Origin: a virus
Taxonomy: Duplodnaviria; Caudoviricetes
Strand: one strand, 5' to 3'
Length of the DNA: 64,000 nt
Virus record (IMG/VR): IMGVR_UViG_3300031760_005061
Location: 32,065 to 96,064 of that record
A model generated the notes under the pieces. That model searched no databases. It was not told the origin of the DNA and worked only from the letters and a program-made list of their open reading frames with translations. The translations under genes and the position numbers were made by a program. Below are positions 54,037 through 62,606 of the stretch, piece by piece; within the stretch, counting starts at the first letter, position 1, and each line of letters opens with the position of its first letter.

Positions 54037-54065
54037 AATTTATCATTTTTGATGATTTATGTCAA
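54037..54065 (-). promoter_or_regulatory. Sigma-A promoter
   Basis: TTGACA-N17-TAAATT with extended TG. Confidence 0.6.
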
Positions 54066-54174
54066 GGGTTAATACCGAACGAATTTGCTACGAAATCTCG
54101 ATATAATTTTATTTTCCGACTTTATTTCGTCGCTGGATTAGGTTTTCATATACAATTTCGTTTTCAGAATTGCA

Positions 54175-54221
54175 AAAAAAATAAAGCCCGATTTCGTTTT
54201 TCAGAAATCGGGCTTTTTATT
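54175..54221. terminator. Bidirectional intrinsic terminator
   Basis: AAAGCCCGATTTC...GAAATCGGGCTTT flanked by A and T runs. Confidence 0.85.
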
Positions 54222-54235
54222 CGTGAGCCGGTAGA

Positions 54236-55057
54236 TTACTTCTTTTTGATTACTTTGTAGCCGTCTACACCGTATGTGCCGTTGGTCGCAATTCTCTTCA
54301 TCATACGCACGATAGCATCCATAAATCTACGGTCATTCATAACCGAGACACTCAGTTCGTTTTTGCTGGATACTCTCGCGTATACTGATTTGAGATATCC
54401 GACATCGTGCGATGTGGCTTTGTAGGTGTTGTTGCCAGTTTTTTCGTTTTTCGAATATGCGAGCATATCGACTACATCCTGTACTGCACCGAGAAGTTTG
54501 CTGTTGCTGGTCGGATTTTTACCGAGTTCTATTTCCTTTGCCTTTTCCTTGAGATAGTAGGTTTCCTCGATAAAGGACTTGCTGACGCCTATCTGTTCCG
54601 CTTGATACAGGCAGAATAACTGGTTAAGTTTCTGCATAGCATAAGTCCATCTTGCGTCAGCAGCAGCCGACTTCTTCGCGTTTTTGATATAAACGCGGTC
54701 AAAACCTGCGAGGTCAATACGGGCGGGCTTATCATCGAGTTCAACCTTTGTAATCTTTTTGGTTGCCTCGTCAACTTCCGCTACCATTACCTTTACCATA
54801 TAGGAAGCGGTTGTTACAGCCAGAATGATTGCGTTCTGCTTGCTATCAATGGCAGTCTTTGCGAGTGTGTCGTAGTGTTCGAACTCAGCCGCGAGTTTAT
54901 ATTCTTTCGCGAGCGGGTCGATTTTGCCTTTACACTTTGCAACGATACCCTCGATATCGTCGTCCTTGGCTGTTTTGAGTTTTGCGTTGGTTTCGTCGAT
55001 AATCCGCTGCATTTCTGCGAGCACCTCGACCGTATTGCGTATGACTGTGAGTGACAT
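54236..55057 (-). CDS. Hypothetical protein, first gene of the early arm
   Basis: 273 aa, AAAGGGG RBS, own terminator. Confidence 0.7.
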   Translation of the reverse strand: MSLTVIRNTVEVLAEMQRIIDETNAKLKTAKDDDIEGIVAKCKGKIDPLAKEYKLAAEFEHYDTLAKTAIDSKQNAIILAVTTASYMVKVMVAEVDEATKKITKVELDDKPARIDLAGFDRVYIKNAKKSAAADARWTYAMQKLNQLFCLYQAEQIGVSKSFIEETYYLKEKAKEIELGKNPTSNSKLLGAVQDVVDMLAYSKNEKTGNNTYKATSHDVGYLKSVYARVSSKNELSVSVMNDRRFMDAIVRMMKRIATNGTYGVDGYKVIKKK

Positions 55058-55426
55058 TATATTTGTCCCCTTTCAATATTTATTTATGCCCACAGTCAGG
55101 GGCATAATGAAACGCGCCGACACTATTGTGCCGACGCGCTCTATATACCTCTGACCGCAGTTTTGAAAGGGCGCAGTCAGTAATACTTAGCCGAAACTGA
55201 TATCCACACTTGACATACCACCGAGCGCGCTGGGCTACACACTTAAAGGCGCTCCTTGGAGCATACACCCTTGGGTGTCGCCGTATGTTGCCTTACTTAC
55301 TCGGTTTCCGTCGCGTGTTTCCACCTATTCACAAGTGATTACCTACCTGTTACAACTATTACGCGAGCAGGTCGCCCGCGCTGGTGTATCCGCGTTCATT
55401 TATCGTGTCCGAGATACCAACACAAA

Positions 55427-55552
55427 CCCGCGCCCGCGCCCGCCCGCGCCCGCCCGCGCCCGCCCGCGCCCGCCCGCCCGCGTGAATTGACGCGGAGCGG
55501 AGCGGAGCGCGGAGCGGAGCGCGGAGCGGAGCGCGGAGCGGAGCGCGGAGCG
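55427..55552. repeat. Adjacent GC tandem repeats (CCCGCGCCCG)n and (GCGGAGCGGAGC)n
   Basis: Directly visible at 55427-55482 and 55491-55552. Confidence 0.95.
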
Positions 55553-55654
55553 GTCAATATAATAGGAACAACCGACCGAAAAATTAAGTAAAAAAAATAT
55601 AACATTTTAAATGTTATATTTTACCGCCCGCCTATTAATTAATTACATTAGATA

Positions 55655-55683
55655 TTGACAACCCGCGCCCGCTATGGTAATAT
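55655..55683 (+). promoter_or_regulatory. Sigma-A promoter
   Basis: TTGACA-N17-TAATAT with extended TG. Confidence 0.65.
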
Positions 55684-55749
55684 TGATTTAATGCAGGCGG
55701 GCGCGATATACCGCCCCGCTTGTAAATATTGAAAGGTGGTATAAATACC

Positions 55750-56949
55750 ATGACAAACAACAAACACAACAACCCCGCAACAACCCGCCCCGCGTCAATT
55801 CAACCGAGCGCGAAAGAACGCGCCCGCGCCGAGTATGACCGAGCGCGCGCCGACCGAGACCGCGCCCGCGCCGAGTATGACCGAGCGCGCGCCGAGTATA
55901 AGCGCACCCCGACCGAGACCGCCCGCACAAAGACCGAGACCGCCCGCGCCGAGTATGACCGAGCGCGCGCCGAGTATAAGCGCATACAAGCCCGCGAGCG
56001 CTCCCGCGAGCGCTCCCGCATAAAGACCGCCGGAAAGCGCGACGCGGTCAAGCCGTTACCGGCGGAGCGGTCTATAATACCCTACCGCGCCCGCGTCAAC
56101 CCATTACCCGCCGAGACCGACCGAGAGAGACGCGCCCGCCGTTTAACCGACGCGGTCTATACCTTTGGCGGTTGTAATGGTAACAACCGCGAGTATTTGC
56201 AGTTATGCGCGGTTGATATAGTGCATACAAGTTTAACGGCGGGAGCGCGGAGCGGTCAACAATTATTTATTGATATGTTGAAGTTGTGCCACTACTCAAC
56301 AACCGCCGATTATAGCGATACAACCGCATTTAACCGAGCGCACGCGGTTTTACTTGAATTGATTTCAACCGCCCGCGTCAACGTTTATGTTGATATGACC
56401 GCCGACGAAAGACCGCCCGCCGAGACCGAGACCGAGAGACGCGCCCGCGCCCGTAACGATGCATATGCGGTCTGGTATGGATACCCCGCCGACCGCGCAT
56501 TTAAGGCGGTCAATGAAGTAATGTATCAATATCGCCGTAATGATAAAAAAGCGGTTGATATGGACTTATACCGAGAGAAGAACAAACACCGCGCCCGTAG
56601 TAATGGAACGGCGCATATTGACGCGGAGACCGACCGCGCCGCATTTATTCAAACATTAAACCCGCGCCGCCTTGAAATATTGATGTTGATTAAAGACGGA
56701 CTAAAACAAGTTGATATTGCGGAAAAGTTGAATATATCCCCGTCGGCAGTAAATCAACATATAAACGCGATTAAAGAACAATTCAAGCGGTTTAATGCCG
56801 ACCGCCCCGCGCCGACTGAAACCGCCGACCGCCCCGCCCCGCTATTATTCCATTTTACTCCGCCCGCGCCCCGCTCCGACGCGCTCACGCTCCGCGAGTA
56901 TAACGGCGCGCGCCTAGTTGACGCGGTTGAAACCTTTAAAACTATGTAA
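55750..56949 (+). CDS. Protein with C-terminal sigma70 region 4/LuxR-type HTH and N-terminal RAEYDRA repeats
   Basis: LNPRRLEIL....DGLKQVDIAEKLNISPSAVNQHINAIK; AAAGGTGG RBS. Confidence 0.7.
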   Translation: MTNNKHNNPATTRPASIQPSAKERARAEYDRARADRDRARAEYDRARAEYKRTPTETARTKTETARAEYDRARAEYKRIQARERSRERSRIKTAGKRDAVKPLPAERSIIPYRARVNPLPAETDRERRARRLTDAVYTFGGCNGNNREYLQLCAVDIVHTSLTAGARSGQQLFIDMLKLCHYSTTADYSDTTAFNRAHAVLLELISTARVNVYVDMTADERPPAETETERRARARNDAYAVWYGYPADRAFKAVNEVMYQYRRNDKKAVDMDLYREKNKHRARSNGTAHIDAETDRAAFIQTLNPRRLEILMLIKDGLKQVDIAEKLNISPSAVNQHINAIKEQFKRFNADRPAPTETADRPAPLLFHFTPPAPRSDALTLREYNGARLVDAVETFKTM

Positions 56950-56968
56950 ACAACCCGCGAAAGTTTAC

Positions 56969-57008
56969 CCCGCCCGCCCGCCGATTATGGACGCGGGCGG
57001 GATTTTTT
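56969..57008 (+). terminator. Intrinsic terminator
   Basis: CCCGCCCGC...GCGGGCGGG followed by ATTTTTT. Confidence 0.75.
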
Positions 57009-57448
57009 GCGCGCCCGCCCCCCAAGCCGCTTTTTCTCACCCTCTGAACCTCAGATTCAAAACCCCCACAACCCTCCAAACCACCAACACTTTAACATAT
57101 GCAGCTTTAAACACATTTCCTACAAACCGGTACACCGATAACATCCTTAAAGAAAAAATTTGTAACAATCGCGGATCTAGACAGCCGACCTTACCGGACA
57201 GCATTTACGGAAGTACACATATTGCGGCATTTTGATAATTTTTCTACGGACGCGTTTAGGGAAAGCCTGTTGCAAACGAGCATAAAAAGTAATTGTATAA
57301 AATAAAATAAACAATATGAGAAACCGGAGAAATCTCCAGAAAACCAATTTGTAACATGAGCAAGTAAGAAGAATTCCGGCGATGCTGCAACTGCGCGACC
57401 GAGAAATCTTCTGAACGCCACCCCGCAAAATATTTGTTTACGGCATTT

Positions 57449-57499
57449 TGTAAATTTTTTATTAACAACTACTGTTGCCGGAATTCGCAGTGTTATAAT
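57449..57499 (+). promoter_or_regulatory. Promoter: TGTAAA-N7-TTAACA, 26 nt, TATAAT
   Basis: Same spacing as the two minus-strand copies; upstream of the helicase-RNAP operon. Confidence 0.7.
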
Positions 57500-57716
57500 T
57501 AAACCAGACAATAAAAATTTTTGTTATGTCACAAAAATTTAAAGCTCGCTCCTACGGAGCTCGAAGGGTCCCTTGTTTCCATTTATATATAACTTCGAAA
57601 ATGGGGTAAAACCGTACACGCTTTGTGTACGATTTTTCCGGAAAACCGTCCACGGGGGCGGTACTATTTTGGCCGTAAAGTAACGAGGGACGAATTTAAG
57701 GGGGATAGATATTTTT

Positions 57717-59240
57717 TTGAAAAAGTACATATCTGATGTAGTAGATATGTCCGGGGTAGATCGAGGCAAGTTTAACTTAATAGTCAGCCCGTGCGGGAGT
57801 GGCAAGACGTACTTTTGCGCGAACACTCTTACGGACTACTACCGAGATGTTTTGCCCGGGGAGATACTATTTGTCACCAGCCGCAGTTTAGCCGCCAACC
57901 AGCTTGTGCGCGATAGCGACGTAAGCGAGAGGTTTGACATAGGCGATACGTTTTTAAAGCGTGCGTGGATGGGCAAAGACGACTTAAGCTACCTTAATAC
58001 AAAAGGATTACAAGTAACCACCTACGACAAGGTTATAAAGCTTTTACTTACGGACGGCTACGACGCCCTGTTCGGAGTAAAGATACTTATATTTGATGAG
58101 TGCCACGCGCTGTTCAGCGATCGCTTTATAAGAGGTATGGATTTCTTGTGCTACTGGATTCACGTAGCGGTCAAGACACAGTCACATTTAGTCTTTGGTC
58201 TTACGGCTACCCCGGGCATAATTTACGCCAACTCGCGCCAGTGGTGTACGGAAATAAACGAGCTTTGCGACACCGGCGATTTAGACGGCTACAAGGCGAA
58301 GAATTTGTGGATAGTAGACTTTACCGCTTTTCCGGAGTTTTACAACAAAGAACTCAAGAACAACGGCAAGACGATAATTATGTGCGACTCCATACGCTCT
58401 ACCGCCAACGTGCTTTACAACTCTATTTACGGCTCAAAGCTTTTGGTCAGCAAGTCCGGCAGCTCGGACGGCAAGACTTGCTACAACCCGGCGGATATGG
58501 ACTACATACGCGAAGCCATAATAACCCGGGGCGTTTTACCGGACGACGTAAAGGTTTTAGTAGCCACCGGTACCATAAGAGAAGGGTTCAGCTTTGTAGA
58601 GAAAAGCGGCGTACGCAATGTAGTGTGCTGCTTTACGGACGAAATGAGCATAACCCAGCTTATGGGCAGATGCCGCTACGACATAGACAATCTCGTAATT
58701 ATCAAAAAGGATAACATATACGACTCCGCCGGATACGTTCCTTATATTAAGTTCCAGCACGACCTGTTTGACAGGTTTGAAGCCGGCGTAGGCGAAGAGT
58801 GGTTTGAGGGTATTTGCGACTTAGTTAAGTGTGGCGTTAACGACATACAGAGATTCTCGTCAGACAAGATCAGTCTTCATAAGGTTACGAAGAAATATGA
58901 AGACCGTCGCAAGGATACTCCGACGATAGCCAGCCGCTCAGCAAAGAATCAGATGAAGAAATATATATATAACACATACATTGTTAAACCCGGAATGAGC
59001 AAGGACGATATGTCTAAGCGCTTAATTGATTCCGGCAACAAACAGGACATAGTCGATAAAGCCGTTGAGCTTGGACTGTTCGGAGAGGAAACCGGCATGC
59101 TGTCTTGCAACAGGATAATCAACATCTGCGCCAAGGAGATGGGGTTTGAGGTAGACCGCAGCCACAAAAGAAGGGAGAACGGCAAGTTCGTCCGCTATAC
59201 CATTTTGAAGGAGGTGCAGAATGCAAACAAACAAACTTGA
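57717..59240 (+). CDS. Superfamily 2 (DExH) helicase-like protein
   Basis: SPCGSGKT, IFDECH, LTATP, VAT..IREG, QLMGRCR. Confidence 0.85.
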   Translation: MKKYISDVVDMSGVDRGKFNLIVSPCGSGKTYFCANTLTDYYRDVLPGEILFVTSRSLAANQLVRDSDVSERFDIGDTFLKRAWMGKDDLSYLNTKGLQVTTYDKVIKLLLTDGYDALFGVKILIFDECHALFSDRFIRGMDFLCYWIHVAVKTQSHLVFGLTATPGIIYANSRQWCTEINELCDTGDLDGYKAKNLWIVDFTAFPEFYNKELKNNGKTIIMCDSIRSTANVLYNSIYGSKLLVSKSGSSDGKTCYNPADMDYIREAIITRGVLPDDVKVLVATGTIREGFSFVEKSGVRNVVCCFTDEMSITQLMGRCRYDIDNLVIIKKDNIYDSAGYVPYIKFQHDLFDRFEAGVGEEWFEGICDLVKCGVNDIQRFSSDKISLHKVTKKYEDRRKDTPTIASRSAKNQMKKYIYNTYIVKPGMSKDDMSKRLIDSGNKQDIVDKAVELGLFGEETGMLSCNRIINICAKEMGFEVDRSHKRRENGKFVRYTILKEVQNANKQT

Positions 59241-59400
59241 TGATAACTATGATACATCGTTTGAAGAGTTGGTGATTGATGCAGGATATAACCCCAATCT
59301 TTGTGACGATGATTCGGAATATAAAACAGATCTTGATGTCAGATACGACGAATATCTAGAAATGGTTAAGGAATACTCTGACGGAAATATTGAGTACTAA
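59221..59400 (+). CDS. Small acidic protein (59 aa)
   Basis: AAGGAGGTG RBS; ATG 59221 to TAA 59400, read by hand. Confidence 0.6.
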   Translation: MQTNKLDDNYDTSFEELVIDAGYNPNLCDDDSEYKTDLDVRYDEYLEMVKEYSDGNIEY

Positions 59401-59414
59401 ACGGGGGTGGTAAC

Positions 59415-62198
59415 ATAGCTAAGAACAAAGGAGTATATATTCCCAAGATTGAGTCGAAGGATTTATATATAGCGAACTACGAGTTACACAAAGACTACAC
59501 ACTGAAAAGATCAGACGGCAAAACTAACTATAAAAGGTTTAAGGCCGGACTGGACTACAGTCTCGACCTTATCAAAATGAGAGAAGTATATGAGTCGGTA
59601 TACAGGAATAGAAGGTTCTCGGAAAAGTTCAAGGGCAAGGAGTATTGTCCGTTTGTAATTAACGTAACATTCAACTTTAACGCAAAGGAGTACAACAAAG
59701 CCGGTTCCAATACCTATGTTGACATAAAGCGTGACATTAAGGAGCTCGAGTTTGATGACTGTGTATGCGTGGTGGATGGCGAGCTTGCCGGAATAATTAC
59801 AAACAAAGAGTTTGAAAATCCGGTGGACGAAAAAATACTCGGCAAATATTTCTACATAAAAGATAATAAATATTGTGCAAAAACAAACATTAATACAATA
59901 AAAAATGTTTCAGATATAAGAAAAGAATTATATACGCACGGATTTGATATAGACGGCGTGCATTATGTTCGATACAAAAGATCCGCCGGGTCTGCCCGGG
60001 TAGGCCGCTGCCTGTTCATAGCCGAGCCCCTGTTCGCCAAGATGCGCAAGTGGGAGAACTGTGGTATCAAGGTTGAGCCGGGTGGCGAGATAGACTTGGC
60101 GGCGTACGAGTCTTACATATCTCTGACGTCGTCCAGTATAATCGACACCGTAACCATTGAACCGTCTAATATATTAGTCATCGACGACTTCACCAGCGTG
60201 TTTGACGATGACGTCGTATCTGTTACGGAGTCGAGCGGAGAGCTCGAGTCTACATACACAAGGACTACTATAGAGAACGCCATATGGGACGGACAGTCGC
60301 TTCTGGACGAGTCAATTATTCCGGAGCAGTACAAAGACAAGGGAATGCTGTTGCTGAGAAACCGCTTCTTTAAGTCGTGCTGCTTTAACGCGAACATACA
60401 GCAGTGGTTTGCCGACAACAACATTACCGACGTCAAGCAGCTTAACGGGTTCACTACGGCGAGCTCGATAGAGGACGTCAAGATGATCACCACGCCTTCG
60501 AGCATCAAGTATGTTAAGTTTGGCACGCTCGAGCAGTGGATGGACAGTCTCAATCCGGAGTCCGGCGGAGATGTGTTCGGTTTGGTTAAGTACGAGAAAG
60601 AACAGAAGTACTTCGGCGGGCGCATGACGCAGTCGCACTACCAGCTTATCAACAGCATCCAGCTCAGTCGACCGGAAGTCGACGCGTTGCTCAAGCCGAC
60701 GTTTGACTTTATGACTCTTGTTAAGGAAGATCCGGCAGTATTGAGACACTGGATTAAGTTCGACATAAACAAGATCAGCGACATCGCTCCGGCGGAGTCA
60801 AAGATGGATGTTGTGTATAAGCTGATGTCAATCAACCCGGAGTTCTGTAAAACCAAGATGTACTACGACTTCAGACAGGACTTCTTAAAATCGTTCACGA
60901 AAAATCTAAAGTGCGGCCATGTGTTTGTTAACGGCAACTACTCCACTCTGTGCGGTAACCCAATATCAATGCTTAAGAGCGCCATAGGAAAATTTGACGG
61001 GGTGTCGGAGTTTGAAGTAGGCACCGTATACACAACAAGGTTTGGCTGGGATAAAAAGATACTCGCGTCGAGAAGCCCGCATATTACAGCATCAAATGTA
61101 CTCATTACAACGAATAAGTACCATCCGGATGTTAGTAAGTATATGAACGCCACTCCGGAGATTATATACATCAACTCGATCAACGAGAACATCTTGCAGA
61201 AGCTCGCCGGATGCGACTTCGACTCAGACACCGTTATGATTACGGATAACGAGGTTTTGATCAATGCTGCCAGCCGCAACGATAAAAGGTTCAAAGTCGC
61301 GGTGTGTAATGTGGGCGGAGTCAAGCGCAAAAGAAAATATACGCCGCAAGACCTCGCAGACCTTGACATAAAAACCAGCAAGAACCTTATAGGAGAAATA
61401 GTGAACCTGTCACAAGTGCTGAACAGTATTATATGGGACAGGCTGGCGGACGGAGCCAAGCTTCAAGATATTGAAGGTATATATCTTGATGTGTGTAAGC
61501 TGAGTATTCTGAGCGGCATAGCGATAGACAGAGCTAAGCGTGAGTTTGTGATTAACGACGCAAGGGAAATTAAGAAGATACGCACGAAGTATCACATCGA
61601 AACCGATGACGGCAAACAGGTTAACCCGAACTTCTTTAAACACATCTCTATGCTTAAGGGTTATTACAATCCGGAGAAGAAGGCATACTTAAAACACGAT
61701 ACCGCAATGGACTATCTTATTACCAGTGTTAACAGCTATAGGGCGTCAAGAAATCATAAGAATGCAAAAAACGAGTTTGCCGAACTGTCGGATATCATCA
61801 ACAAAGATTTGATGGACTACAGCCAAGTAAACTACAAACAGATTAAGCGCGTGATATCGATGGTCGACAAAATGAGTGCAGACATCTCGGCGGTGTACAG
61901 CAGCAGTAAGACCAAAGACCAAGACAAACACTTTGAGGCGGACGCTATTCGCCAAGACTGTGTAGAGAGTATCGGAAAACTTGTAATGAACAACAGCACA
62001 ATGATTGCGTTACTGAAGACTCTTGAGAAACCGGAACACGCACACCATAAGAAGATTATTACATACATTCTGTTCTCATATCCCAACACATCGTTTTTTG
62101 ATGTGTTACTCAAGAGTAGAAAACCGATCGATTGTATTGAAGAAAATCCGGACGGCGACATTGAAATATACGGAGTAAAGTTTCAGTATATCAGATAA
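59415..62198 (+). CDS. YonO-like single-subunit (double-psi barrel) phage RNA polymerase
   Basis: YKRSAGSARVGRCLFI, WDGQSL, RSPH, LAGCDFDSD catalytic motif, AIDRAK. Frame is open back to ATA 59415 after GGGGGTGG. Confidence 0.85.
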   Translation: MAKNKGVYIPKIESKDLYIANYELHKDYTLKRSDGKTNYKRFKAGLDYSLDLIKMREVYESVYRNRRFSEKFKGKEYCPFVINVTFNFNAKEYNKAGSNTYVDIKRDIKELEFDDCVCVVDGELAGIITNKEFENPVDEKILGKYFYIKDNKYCAKTNINTIKNVSDIRKELYTHGFDIDGVHYVRYKRSAGSARVGRCLFIAEPLFAKMRKWENCGIKVEPGGEIDLAAYESYISLTSSSIIDTVTIEPSNILVIDDFTSVFDDDVVSVTESSGELESTYTRTTIENAIWDGQSLLDESIIPEQYKDKGMLLLRNRFFKSCCFNANIQQWFADNNITDVKQLNGFTTASSIEDVKMITTPSSIKYVKFGTLEQWMDSLNPESGGDVFGLVKYEKEQKYFGGRMTQSHYQLINSIQLSRPEVDALLKPTFDFMTLVKEDPAVLRHWIKFDINKISDIAPAESKMDVVYKLMSINPEFCKTKMYYDFRQDFLKSFTKNLKCGHVFVNGNYSTLCGNPISMLKSAIGKFDGVSEFEVGTVYTTRFGWDKKILASRSPHITASNVLITTNKYHPDVSKYMNATPEIIYINSINENILQKLAGCDFDSDTVMITDNEVLINAASRNDKRFKVAVCNVGGVKRKRKYTPQDLADLDIKTSKNLIGEIVNLSQVLNSIIWDRLADGAKLQDIEGIYLDVCKLSILSGIAIDRAKREFVINDAREIKKIRTKYHIETDDGKQVNPNFFKHISMLKGYYNPEKKAYLKHDTAMDYLITSVNSYRASRNHKNAKNEFAELSDIINKDLMDYSQVNYKQIKRVISMVDKMSADISAVYSSSKTKDQDKHFEADAIRQDCVESIGKLVMNNSTMIALLKTLEKPEHAHHKKIITYILFSYPNTSFFDVLLKSRKPIDCIEENPDGDIEIYGVKFQYIR

Positions 62199-62402
62199 TT
62201 TATACAAAAAACGAACGCAAATGTCCGAATATGTTTTATTGTGCATATAGTGAATAAAGCCCACAATCCCTTGTGTATCAAGGGGTTACAGGCTTTACAC
62301 TATATGACATGTTGAGAGTGCTATATGGACGATATATGGAATCGTCAAAAATAAAGGTCAGAAATTAAACAAAAAAAAAATGAATTAAAAGGATGGAACA
62401 AT

Positions 62403-62606
62403 TTGGTAGAAATCACAAGAGAAGAGGCTGAGATTATCAGACTCGAGCTCGGCGACGATATAACGATCGCCACGACTTGCAAACAGAAGGGCGGCAGACG
62501 CAAGAAGAGGTACATGGAGGAAAACCGTACCAGCATGAGGCTGCTCAGACAAATACGCAGAGGCGATTATGGGAGGCGCGATGAGTCAGACAGAAAGAAG
62601 AAATGA
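62403..62606 (+). CDS. Small basic hypothetical protein
   Basis: TTG start after AAGGATGG; KKRYMEE motif. Confidence 0.55.
   Translation: MVEITREEAEIIRLELGDDITIATTCKQKGGRRKKRYMEENRTSMRLLRQIRRGDYGRRDESDRKKK

Noticed and set aside
55256-55605. ORFs encoding PAPAR/GAER repeats; CRISPR interpretation of the repeats
   Set aside because: They are translations of DNA tandem repeats, with no unique spacers and no cas genes.
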